Shown here one piece after another: positions 1 through 11,675 of a stretch of DNA of 64,000 bases (its first letter is position 1; the number at the start of each line of letters is the position of its first letter). The translations under genes and the position numbers were made by a program. The DNA comes from Eledone cirrhosa (lineage: Eukaryota): the NCBI GenBank assembly GCA_964016885.1, contig OZ024741.1:260834001-260898000 (forward strand), read 5' to 3'. The notes under the pieces are model-generated. The model did no database searches, had not been told where the DNA came from, and saw only the letters and a list, made by a program, of their open reading frames with translations.

Positions 1-3000
1 CTTACGGGTGTTTTGACATACGAGTGTTTCGATACGAGTGTTCTGACTTACGAGTGTTCTGACTTACGAGTGTTTCGACTTACGAGTGTTTTGACTTACG
101 GGTGTTTTGACATACGAGTGTTTCGATACGAGTGTTCTGACTTACGAGTGTTCTGACTTACGAGTGTTCTGACTTACGGGTGTTCTGACTTACGAGTGTT
201 CCGGCTTACGAGTGTTTCGGCTTATGAGGGTTTCGACTTACGAGTGCTTCGGCTTACGAGTGTTTCGACTTACGAGTGTTTCGGATACGAGTGTTTCGAC
301 TTACGAATGTTTTGGCTTACGAGTGTTTCGGCTTACGAGTGTTTCGACTTACGAGTGGTTCGACTTACGAGTGTTTTGACTTACGGTGTTTCGGCTTACG
401 AGTGTTTCGACATACGAGTGTTTTGACGTACGGGTGTTTCGACTTACGGGTGTTTCGACTTAAGAGTGTTTCGACTTACGAGCGCTTCGACTTACGAGTG
501 TTTCGGCTTACGAGTGTTTCGGCGTATGAGTGTTTCGACTTACGAGTCTTTCGGCTTACGAGTGTTTCGACTTACTAATGTTTTTACTTACGAGTGTTTC
601 GGCGTACGAGTGTTTCGACTTACGAGTGTTTCGACTTACGGGTGTTTTGACTTACGGGTGTTTCGGCTTACGAGTGTTTCGACTTACGATTGTTTGGCTT
701 ACGAATGTTTCGGCTTACGAGTGTTTCGACTTACGAGAGTTTTGACTTACGGTGTTTCGGCTTACGAGTGTTTCGACTTACGAGTGTTTTGACTTACGGG
801 TGTTTTGACATACGAGTGTTTCGATACGAGTGTTCTGACTTACGAGTGTTCTGACTTACGAGTGTTCTGACTTACGGGTGTTCTGACTTACGAGTGTTCC
901 GACTTACGAGTGTTTCGGCTTATGAGGGTTTCGACTTACGAGTGCTTCGGCTTACGAGTGTTTCGACTTACGAGTGTTTCGGCTTACGAGTGTTTCGACT
1001 TACGAATGTTTTGGCTTACGAGTGTTTCGGCTTACGAGTGTTTCGACTTACGAGTGTTTCGACTTACGAGCGTTTTGACTTACGGTGTTTCGGCTTACGA
1101 GTGTTTCGACATACGAGTGTTTTGACGTACGGGTGTTTCGACTTACGGGTGTTTCGACTTAAGAGTGTTTCGACTTACGAGCGCTTCGACTTACGAGTGT
1201 TTCGGCTTACGAGTGTTTCGGCGTATGAGTGTTTTGACTTACGAGTGTTTCGACTTACGAGTGTTTCGACTTACGAGTGTTTAGACTTACAAGTGTTTCG
1301 ACTTACGAGTGTTTTGACTTACGAGTGTTTTGACTAACGGTGTTTCTGCTTACGAGTGTTTCGACTTACGAGTGTTATGACTTACGGGTGTTTTGACATA
1401 CGAGTGTTTCGATACGAGTGTTTCGACTTACGAGTGTTACGAGTGTTCTGACTTACGAGTGTTTCGACTTACGAGTGTTCTGACCTACGAGTGTTCTGAC
1501 TTACGAGTGTTTCGACTTACGAGTGTTTTGACTTACGGGGGTTTCGACTTACGAGTGTTTCGAGTTACGAGTGTTTCGAGTTACGAGTGTTTCGACTTAC
1601 GAGTGTTTTTACTTACGAATGTTCTGACTTACGGGTGTTTCGGCTTACGAGTGTTTCGACTTACGAGTGTTTTAACTTACGGGTGTTTCTACTTACGCGT
1701 GTTTCGACTTGCAAGTGTTTCGACTTACGAGTGTTTCGACTTGCAAGTGTTTCGACTTACGAGTGTTTCGACTACGAATGATCCGACTTACGTGTGTTTC
1801 GACTTACGAGTGTTTCGACTTACGAGTGTTCTGACTTATGGGTGTTCCGACTTACGAGTGTTTCGGCTTACGATTGTTTTGACTTACGATTGTTTTGGCT
1901 TACGAATGTTTCGACTTACGAGTGTTTCGACTTACGAGTGTTTTGACTTACGAGTGTTTTGTCTTACGGGTGTTTTGACATACGAGTGTTTCGATACGAG
2001 TGTTCTGACTTACGAGTGTTCTGACTTACGAGTGTTCTCACTTACGAGTGTTCTGACTTACGAGTGTTCTGACTTACGGGTGTTCTGACTTACGAGTGTT
2101 CCGACTTACGAGTGATTCGGCTTATGAGGGTTTCGACTTACGAGTGCTTCGGCTTACGAGTGTTTCGACCTACGAGTGTTTCGGCTTACGAGTGTTTTGA
2201 CGTACGAATGTTTTGGCTTACGCGTGTTTCGTCTTACGAGTGTTTCGAATTACGAGTGTTTCGACTTACGAGTGTTTTGACTTACGGTGTTTCGGCTTAC
2301 GAGTGTTTCGACTCACGAGAGTTTTAACTTACGGGTGTTTCGACTTACGCGTGTTTCGACTTACGAATGTTCCGACTTACGAGTGTTTCGACTTACGAGT
2401 GTTTCGGCGTACGAGTGTTTCGACTTACGAGTGTTTTGACTTACGTGTGTTTCGGCTTACGAGTGTTTCGACTTACGAGTGTTTTGACTTACGTGTGTTT
2501 CGGCTTACGAGTGTTTTGACTTACGAGTGTTTTGACTTACGGGTGTTTCGGCTTACGAGTGTTTCGACTTACGAGTGTTCTGACTTACGAGTGTTCCGAC
2601 TTACCAGCGTTCCGACTTACGAGTGTTTCGGCTTACGAGTGTTCCGACTTACGAGTGTTTTGACTTACGAGTGTTTTGACTTACGGTGTTTCGGCTTACG
2701 AGTGTTTTGACTTACGAGTGTTTTGACTTACGGGTGTTTTGACATACGAGTGTTTCGATACGAGTGTTCTGACTTACGAGTGTTCTGACTTACGAGCGTT
2801 CTGACTTACGAGTGTTCTGACTTACGAGTGGTCTGACTTACGGGTGTTCTTACTTACGAGTGTTCCGACTTACGAGTGTTTCAGCTTATGAGTGTTTCGA
2901 CTTACGAGTGCTTCGGTTTACGAGTGTTTCGACTTACGAGTGTTTCGACTTACGAGTGTTTTGACTTACGAGTGTTTTGTCTAACGGTGTTTCTGCTTAC

Positions 3001-4060
3001 GAGTGTTTCGACTTACGAGTGTTATGACTTACGGGTGTTTTGACATACGAGTGTTTCGATACGAGTGTTTCGACTTACAAGTGTTACGAGTGTTCTGACT
3101 TACGAGTGTTTCGACTTACGAGTGTTCTGACCTTCGAGTGTTCTGACTTACGAGTGTTTCGACTTACGAGTGTTTTGACTTACGGGTGTTTCGACTTACG
3201 AGTGTTTCGAGTTACGAGTGTTTCGACTTACGAGTGTTTTTACTTACGAATGTTCTGAATTACGGGTGTTTCGGCTTACGAGTGTTTCGACTTACGAGTG
3301 TTTTGACTTACGGGTGTTTTGACTTACGGGTGTTGTGAATTACGAGTGTTCCGATTTACGAGTGTTTTGACTTACGGTGTTTCGGCTAACGAGTGATTCG
3401 ACTTGCGAGTGTTTCGACTTACTAATGTTTTTACTTACCAGTTTTTCGGCGTACGAGTGTTTCGACTTACGAGTGTTTCGACTTACGGGTCTTTTGACTT
3501 AAGGGTGTTTCGACTTACAAGTGTTTCGACTTACGAGTGTTTCGACTTACGAGTGTTCTGACTTACGAGTGTTCTGATTTACGGATGTTTCAACATACGA
3601 GTGTTTCGACTTAGGAGTGTTTCGACTTACGAGTGTTTTGACTTACGGGTGTTTTGACATACGAGTGTTTCGATACGAGTGTTTCGACTTACGAGTGTTC
3701 TGACTTACGAGTGTTCTGACTTACGAGTGTACTGACTTACGAGTGTTCTGATTTACGAGTGTTCCGACTTACGAGTGTTTCGGCTTACGAGTGTTTCGGC
3801 TTACGAGTGTTTCGACTCACGAGTGTTTCGACTTACGAGTGTTCCGACTTACGGGTGTTTCGACTTACGAGTGGTTTGGCTTACGGTGTTTCGGCTTACG
3901 AGTGTTTCGAGTTACGAGTGTTTTGACTTACGCGTGTTTTGACATACGAGTGTTTCGATACGAGTGTTCTGACTTACGAGTGTTCTGACTTACGAGTGTT
4001 CCGACTTTACGAGTGTTTCGGCTCACGAGTGTTTCGGCTTACGAGTGTTTCGACTTACGA

Positions 4061-4129
4061 AAATAACAAATAGACGCGGTTTCAAATCTCTATGATTTTC
4101 AAATTCATTACATTAATCTTTATTTATAC
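4061..4129 (+). repeat. 69-bp AT-rich interspersed element, copy 1, haplotype A
   Basis: aaataacaaatagacgcggtttcaaatctctatgattttcaaattcattacattaatctttatttatac, lying between ...gacttacga and gtttcgctttacgag... Confidence 0.95.
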
Positions 4130-7100
4130 GTTTCGCTTTACGAGTGTTTCGACTTACGAGTGTTTCGACATACGAGTGTTTCGACTTCCGAATGTTTTTG
4201 CTTACGGGTGTTTCGACTTACGAATGTTTCGGCTTACGAGTGTTTCGGCTTACGAGTGTTCCGACTTAGGAGTGTTTCGGCTTACGAGTGTTTCCGGCTT
4301 ACGAGTGTTTCGACTTACGAGTGTTTCGACTTTCGAGTGTTTTGACTTACGGTGTTTCGGCTTACGAGTGATTCGACTTACGAGTGTTTTGACTTACGGG
4401 TGTTTTGACTTACGGGTGTTGTGAATTACCAGTGTTCCGATTTACGAGTATTTTGACTTACGGTGTTTCGGCTTGCGAGTGTTTCGACTCACGAGTGTTT
4501 CGGCTTATGAGTGTTTCGACTTACTAATGTTTTTACTTACGAGTGTTTCGGCGTTCGAGTGTTTTGCCTTACGAGTGTTTCGACTTAAGAGTGTTTTGAC
4601 TTACGAATGTTTTGACTTACGGGTGTTTCGGCTTATGAGTGTTTCGACTTACGAGTGTTTCGACTTATGAGTGTTTCGACTTACGAGTGTTCTGACTTAC
4701 GAGTGTTCTGACTTACGAATGTTCCGACTTACGAGTGTTTCGGTTTACGAGTGTTTCGACATACGAGTGTTTTGACATACGGGTGTTTCGACTTACGGGT
4801 GTTTCGAATTACGAGTGTTTCGGCTTACGAGTGTTTCGACTTACTAATGTTTTTACTTACGAGTGTTTCGGTGTACGAATGTTTTGACTTAAGGATGTTT
4901 CGACTTACAAGTGTTTCGACTTACGAGTGTTTCGGCTTACGTGAGTTTCGACTTAAGAGTGTTCTGATTTACGAGTGTTCTGACTTGCGGGTGTTCTGAT
5001 TTACGAGTGTTCCGACTTACGAGTGTTTCGGCTTATGAGTGTTTCGACTTACGAGTGTTTCGGCTTACGAGTGTTTCGACTTATGGGTGTTTCGACTTAC
5101 GAGTGTTTTTACTTACGGTGTTTCGGCTTACGAGTGTTTCGACATACGAGTGTTTTGACTTACGGGTGTTTCGACTTACGAGTGTTTTGACTTACGAATG
5201 TTTTGACTTACGGGTGTTTCGGCTTACGAGTGTTTCGACTTACGAGTGTTTCGGCTTACGAGTGTTTCGACTTACTAATGTTTTTACTTACGAGTGTTTC
5301 GGCGTACGAGAGTTTTGACTTACGAATGTTTTGACTTACGGGTGTTTCGGCTTATGAGTGTTTCGACTTACGAGTCTTTCGGCATACGAGTGTTTCGACT
5401 TACTAATGTTTTTACTTACGAGTGTTTCGGCGTACGAGTGTTTCGACTTACGAGTGTTTCGACTTACGGGTGTTTTGACTTAAGGGTGTTTCGGCTTACG
5501 AGTGTTCCGACTTACGAGTGTTTCGGCTTATGAGTGTTTCGACTTACGAGTGTTTCGGCTTACGAGTGTTTCGACTTATGGGTGTTTTGACTTACGAGTG
5601 TTTTTACTTACGGTGTTTCGGCTTACGAGTGTTTCGACATACGAGTGTTCAGACTTACGAGTGTTCCGACTTACGAGCGTTCCGACTTACGAGTGTTTCG
5701 ACTTACGAGTGTTAAGACTTACGGGTGTTTTGACATACGAGTGTTTCGATACGAGTGTTCTGACTTACGAGTGTTCTGACTTACGAGTGTTTTGACTTAC
5801 GAGTGTTCTGACTTACGAGTGTTCCGACTTACGAGTGTTCCGACTTACGAGTGTTTCGGCTTACGAGTGTTTCCGGCTTACGAGTGTTTCGACTTACGAG
5901 TGTTTTGACTTACGGTGTTTCGGCTTACGAGTCATTCAACTTACGAGTGTTTTGACTTACGTGTGTTTTGACTTACGGGTGTGGTGAATTACGAGTGTTC
6001 CGATTTACGAGTGTTTTGAGTTACGGTGTTTCGGCTTACGAGTGATTCGACTTACGAATGTTTTGACTTACGGGTGTTTCGGCTTGCGAGTGTTTCGACT
6101 TACGAGTGTTTCGGCTTATGAGTGTTTCGACTTACTAATGTTTTTACTTACGAGTGTTCTGACTTACGAGGGTTCCGACTTAAGAGTGTTCCGACTTACG
6201 AGTGTTTCGGCTTACGAGTGTTTCCGGCTTACGAGTGTTTCGACTTACGAGTGTTTCGACTTACGAGTGTTTTGACTTACGGTGTTTCGACTTACGAGTG
6301 ATTCGACTTACGAGTGTTTTGACTTACGGGTGTTTTGACTTACGGGTGTTGTGAATTACGAGTGTTCCGATTTACGAGTGTTTTGACTTACGGTGTTTCG
6401 GCTAACGAGTGATTCGACTTACGAATGTTTTGACTTACGGGTGTTTCGGCTTACGAGTGTTTCGACTTACGAGTGTTTCGGCTTGCGAGTGTTTCGAGTT
6501 ACTAATGTTTTTACTTACGAGTTTTTCGGCGTACGAGTGTTTCGACTTACGAGTGTTTCGACTTACGGGTGTTTTGACTTAAGGGTGTTTTGACTTACAA
6601 GTGTTTCGACTTACGAGTGTTTCGACTTACGAGTGTTCTGACTTACGAGTGTTCTGATTTACGGATGTTTAGACATACGAGTGTTTCGACTTACGAGTGT
6701 TTCGACTTACGAGTGTTTTGACTTACGGGTGTTTTGACATACGAGTGTTTCGATACGAGTGTTTCGACTTACGAGTGTTTTGACTTACGGTGTTTCGGCT
6801 TACGAGTGATTCGAGTTACGAATGTTTTGACTTACGGGTGTTTCGGCTTGCGAGTGTTTCGACTTACGAGTGTTTCGGCTTATGGGTGTTTCGACTTACT
6901 AATGTTTTTACTTACGAGTGTTTCGGCGTACGAGTGTTTTGACTTACGAGTGTTTCGACTTACGAGTGTTTCGACTTACGAGTGTTTCGGCTTACGTGAG
7001 TTTCGACTTAAGTGTGTTCTGATTTACGAGTGTTCTGACTTGCGGGTGTTCTGATTTACGAGTGTTCCGACTTACGAGTGTTTCGGCTTATGAGTGTTTC

Positions 7101-10100
7101 GACTTACGAGTGTTTCGGCTTACGAGTGTTTCGACTTATGGGTGTTTCGACTTACGAGTGTTTTTACTTACGGTGTTTCGGCTTACGAGTGTTTCGACAT
7201 ACGAGTGTTTTGACTTACGGGTGTTTCGACTTACGAGTGTTTTGACTTACGAATGTTTTGACTTACGGGTGTTTCGGCTTACGAGTGTTTCGACTTACGA
7301 GTGTTTCGGATTACGAGTGTTTCGACTTACTAATGTTCTTACTTACGAGTGTTTCGGCGTACGAGAGTTTTGACTTACGAGTGTTTCGAATTACGAGTGT
7401 TTCGACTTACGAGTGTTTTGACTTACGAATGTTTTGACTTACGGGTGTTTCGGCTTACGAGTGTTTCGACTTACGAGTCTTTCGACTTACGAGTGTTTCG
7501 ACTTACTAATGTTTTTACTTACGAGTGTTTCGGCGTACGAGTGTTTCGACTTGCGAGTGTTTCGACTAACGGGTGTTTTGACTTACGGGTGTTTCGGCTT
7601 ACGGGTGTTTTGACTTACGAGTGTTTTGACTTAAGGGTGTTTCGACTTACGAGTATTTTTGGCTTACGAGTGTTTCGACTTACGAGTGTTTTGACTTACG
7701 AGTGTTCTGATTTACGGATGTTTCGACATACGAGTGTTTCGACTTACGAGTGTTTCGACTTATGAGTGTTTCGACTTACGACTGTTTCGACTTACGAGTG
7801 TTTCGGCTTATCAGTGTTTCGACTTACGAGTGTTTCGACTTACGAGTGTTTTGACTTACGGGTGTTTTGACATACGAGTGTTTCGATACGAGTGTTCTGA
7901 CTTACGAGTGTTTTGACTCACGAGTGTTCTGACTTACGAGTGTTCCGACTTACGAGTGTTCCGACTCACGAGTGTTTCGGCTTACGAGTGTTTCCGGCTT
8001 ACGAGTGTTTCGACTTACGAGTGTTTTGACTTACGGTGTTTCGGCTTACGAGTGATTCGACTTACGAGTGTTTTGACTTACGGGTGTTTTGACTTACGGG
8101 TGTTGTGAATTACGAGTGTTCCGATTTACGAGTGTTTTGACTTACGGTGTTTCGGCTTACGAGTGATTCGACTTACGAATGTTTTGACTTACGGGTGTTT
8201 CGGCTTGCGAGTGTTTCGACTTACGAGTGTTTCGGCTTACGAGTGTTTCGACTTACTAATTTTTTTACTTACGAGTGTTTCGGCGTACGAGAGTTTTGAC
8301 TTACGAGTGTTTCGACTTACGGGTGTTTTGACTTACGGGTGTTTCGGCTTACGAGTGTTTCGACTTACGATTGTTTGGCTTACGAATGTTTCGACTTACG
8401 AGTGTTTCGACTTACGAGAGTTTTGACTTACGGTGTTTCGGCTTACGAGTGTTTCGACTTACGAGTGTTTTGACTTACGGGTGTTTTGACATACGAGTGT
8501 TTCGATACGAGTGTTCTGACTTACGAGTGTTCTGACTTACGAGTGTTCTGACTTACGGGTGTTCTGACTTACGAGTGTTCCGACTTACGAGTGTTTCGGC
8601 TTATGAGGGTTTCGACTTAAGAGTGCTTCGGCTTACGAGTGTTTCGACTTACGAGTGTTTCGGCTTACGAGTGTTTCGACTTACGAATGTTTTGGCTTAC
8701 GAGTGTTTCGGCTTATGAGTGTTTCGACTTACGAGTGTTTCGACTTACGAGTGTTTCGATTAACGGTGTTTCGGCTTACGAGTGTTTCGACATACGAGTG
8801 TTTTGACGTACGGGTGTTTCGACTTACGGGTGTTTCGACTTAAGAGTGTTTCGACTTACGAGCGCTTCGAATTACTAATGTTTTTACTTACGAGTGTTTC
8901 GGCGTACGAGTGTTTCGACTTACGAGTGTTTCGACTTACGGGTGTTTTGACTTACGGGTGTTTCGGCTTACGAGTGTTTCGACTTACGATTGTTTGGCTT
9001 ACGAATGTTTCGGCTTACGAGTGTTTCGACTTACGAGAGTTTTGACTTACGGTGTTTCGGCTTACGAGTGTTTCGACTTACGAGTGTTTTGACTTACGGG
9101 TGTTTTGACATACGAGTGTTTCGATACGAGTGTTCTGACTTACGAGTGTTCTGACTTACGAGTGTTCTGACTTACGGGTGTTCTGACTTACGAGTGTTCC
9201 GACTTACGAGTGTTTCGGCTTATGAGGGTTTCGACTTACGAGTGCTTCGGCTTACGAGTGTTTCGACTTACTAGTGTTTCGGCTTACGAGTGTTTCGACT
9301 TACGAGTGTTCTGACCTACGAGTGTTCTGACTTACGAGTGTTTCGACTTACGAGTGTTTTGACTTACGGGGGTTTCGACTTACGAGTGTTTCGAGTTACG
9401 AGTGTTTCGAGTTACGAGTGTTTCGACTTACGAGTATTTTTACTTACGAATGTTCTGACTTACGGGTGTTTTAACTTACGGGTGTTTCTACTTACGCGTG
9501 TTTCTACTTGAAAGTGTTTCGACTTACGAGTGTTTCGACTACGAATGATCCGACTTACGAGTGTTTCGACTTACGAGTGTTTCGACTTACGAGTGTTCTG
9601 ACTTACGGGTGTTCCGACTTACGAGTGTTTCGGCTTACGATTGTTTTGACTTACGATTGTTTTGGCTTACGAATGTTTCGACTTACGAGTGTTTCGGCTT
9701 ACGAGTGTTTCGACCTACGAGTGTTTCGGCTTACGAGTGTTTTGACGTACGAATGTTTTGGCTTACGCGTGTTTCGGCTTACGAGTGTTTCGAATTACGA
9801 GTGTTTCGACTTACGAGTGTTTTGACTTACGGTGTTTCGGCTTACGAGTGTTTCGACTCACGAGAGTTTTAACTTACGGGTATTTCGACTTACGCGTGTT
9901 TCGACTTACGAATGTTCCGACTTACGAGTGTTTCGACTTACGAGTGTTTCGGCGTACGAGTGTTTCGACTTACGAGTGTTTTGACTTACGTGTGTTTCGG
10001 CTTACGAGTGTTTTGACTTACGAGTGTTTTGACTTACGGGTGTTTCGGCTTACGAGTGTTTCGACTTACGAGTGTTCTGACTTACGAGTGTTCCGACTTA

Positions 10101-11606
10101 CCAGCGTTCCGACTTACGAGTGTTTCGGCTTACGAGTGTTCCGACTTACGAGTGTTTCGACTTACGAGTGTTTTGACTTACGAGTGTTTTGACTTACGGG
10201 TGTTTTGACATACGAGTGTTTCGATACGAGTGTTCTGACTTACGAGTGTTCTGACTTACGAGCGTTCTGACTTACGAGTGTTCTGACTTACGAGTGTTCT
10301 GACTTACGGGTGTTCTTACTTACGAGTGTTCCGACTTACGAGTGTTTCAGCTTATGAGTGTTTCGACTTACGAGTGCTTCGGTTTACGAGTGTTTCGACT
10401 TACGAGTGTTTCGACTTACGAGTGTTTTGACTTACGAGTGTTTTGACTAACGGTGTTTCTGCTTACGAGTGTTTCGACTTACGAGTGTTATGACTTACGG
10501 GTGTTTTGACATACGAGTGTTTCGATACGAGTGTTTCGACTTACGAGTGTTACGAGTGTTCTGACTTACGAGTGTTTCGACTTACGAGTGTTCTGACCTA
10601 CGAGTGTTATGACTTACGAGTGTTTCGACTTACGAGTGTTTTGACTTACGGGTGTTTCGACTTACGAGTGTTTCGAGTTACGAGTGTTTCGAGTTACGAG
10701 TGTTTCGACTTACGAGTGTTTTTACTTACGAATGTTCTGAATTACGGGTGTTTCGGCTTACGAGTGTTTCGACTTACGAGTGTTTTGACTTACGGGTGTT
10801 TTGACTTACGGGTGTTGTGAATTACGAGTGTTCCGATTTACGAGTGTTTTGACTTACGGTGTTTCGGCTAACGAGTGATTCGACTTACGAATGTTTTGAC
10901 TTACGGGTGTTTCGGCTTACGAGTGTTTCGACTTACGAGTGTTTCGGCTTGCGAGTGTTTCGACTTACTAATGTTTTTACTTACGAGTTTTTCGGCGTAC
11001 GAGTGTTTCGACTTACGAGTGTTTCGACTTACGGGTGTTTTGACTTAAGGGTGTTTCGACTTACAAGTGTTTCGACTTACGAGTGTTTCGACTTACGAGT
11101 GTTCTGACTTACGAGTGTTCTGATTTACGGATGTTTCAACATACGAGTGTTTCGACTTAGGAGTGTTTCGACTTACGAGTGTTTTGACTTACGGGTGTTT
11201 TGACATACGAGTGTTTCGATACGAGTGTTTCGACTTACGAGTGTTCTGACTTACGAGTGTTCTGACTTACGAGTGTTCTGACTTACGAGTGTTCTGATTT
11301 ACGAGTGTTCCGACTTACGAGTGTTTCGGCTTACGAGTGTTTCGGCTTACGAGTGTTTCGACTTACGAGTGTTTCGACTTACGAGTGTTCCGACTTACGG
11401 GTGTTTCGACTTACGAGTGGTTTGGCTTACGGTGTTTCGGCTTACGAGTGTTTCGAGTTACGAGTGTTTTGACTTACGCGTGTTTTGACATACGAGTGTT
11501 TCGATACGAGTGTTCTGACTTACGAGTGTTCTGACTTACGAGTGTTCCGACTTTACGAGTGTTTCGGCTCACGAGTGTTTCGGCTTACGAGTGTTTCGAC
11601 TTACGA

Positions 11607-11675
11607 AAATAACAAATAGACGCGGTTTCAAATCTCTATGATTTTCAAATTCATTACATTAATCTTTATTTATAC
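11607..11675 (+). repeat. 69-bp AT-rich element, copy 2, haplotype A
   Basis: Same sequence and same flanking monomer variants as copy 1 (offset 7546). Confidence 0.95.

Noticed and set aside
4061-4129. 69-bp cassette as an active MITE/SINE, tRNA or structured RNA
   Set aside because: No terminal inverted repeats, target-site duplication, Pol III boxes, poly(A) tail or cloverleaf/hairpin are evident. Identical junctions and shared flanks indicate passive co-duplication.
4092-4424. MIFKFITLIFIYTFRF... ORF (8 A-type copies) as a signal-peptide or small membrane protein gene
   Set aside because: The hydrophobic start simply reflects AT-rich codons. The rest is satellite translation, and its length varies with the first TGA-bearing monomer.
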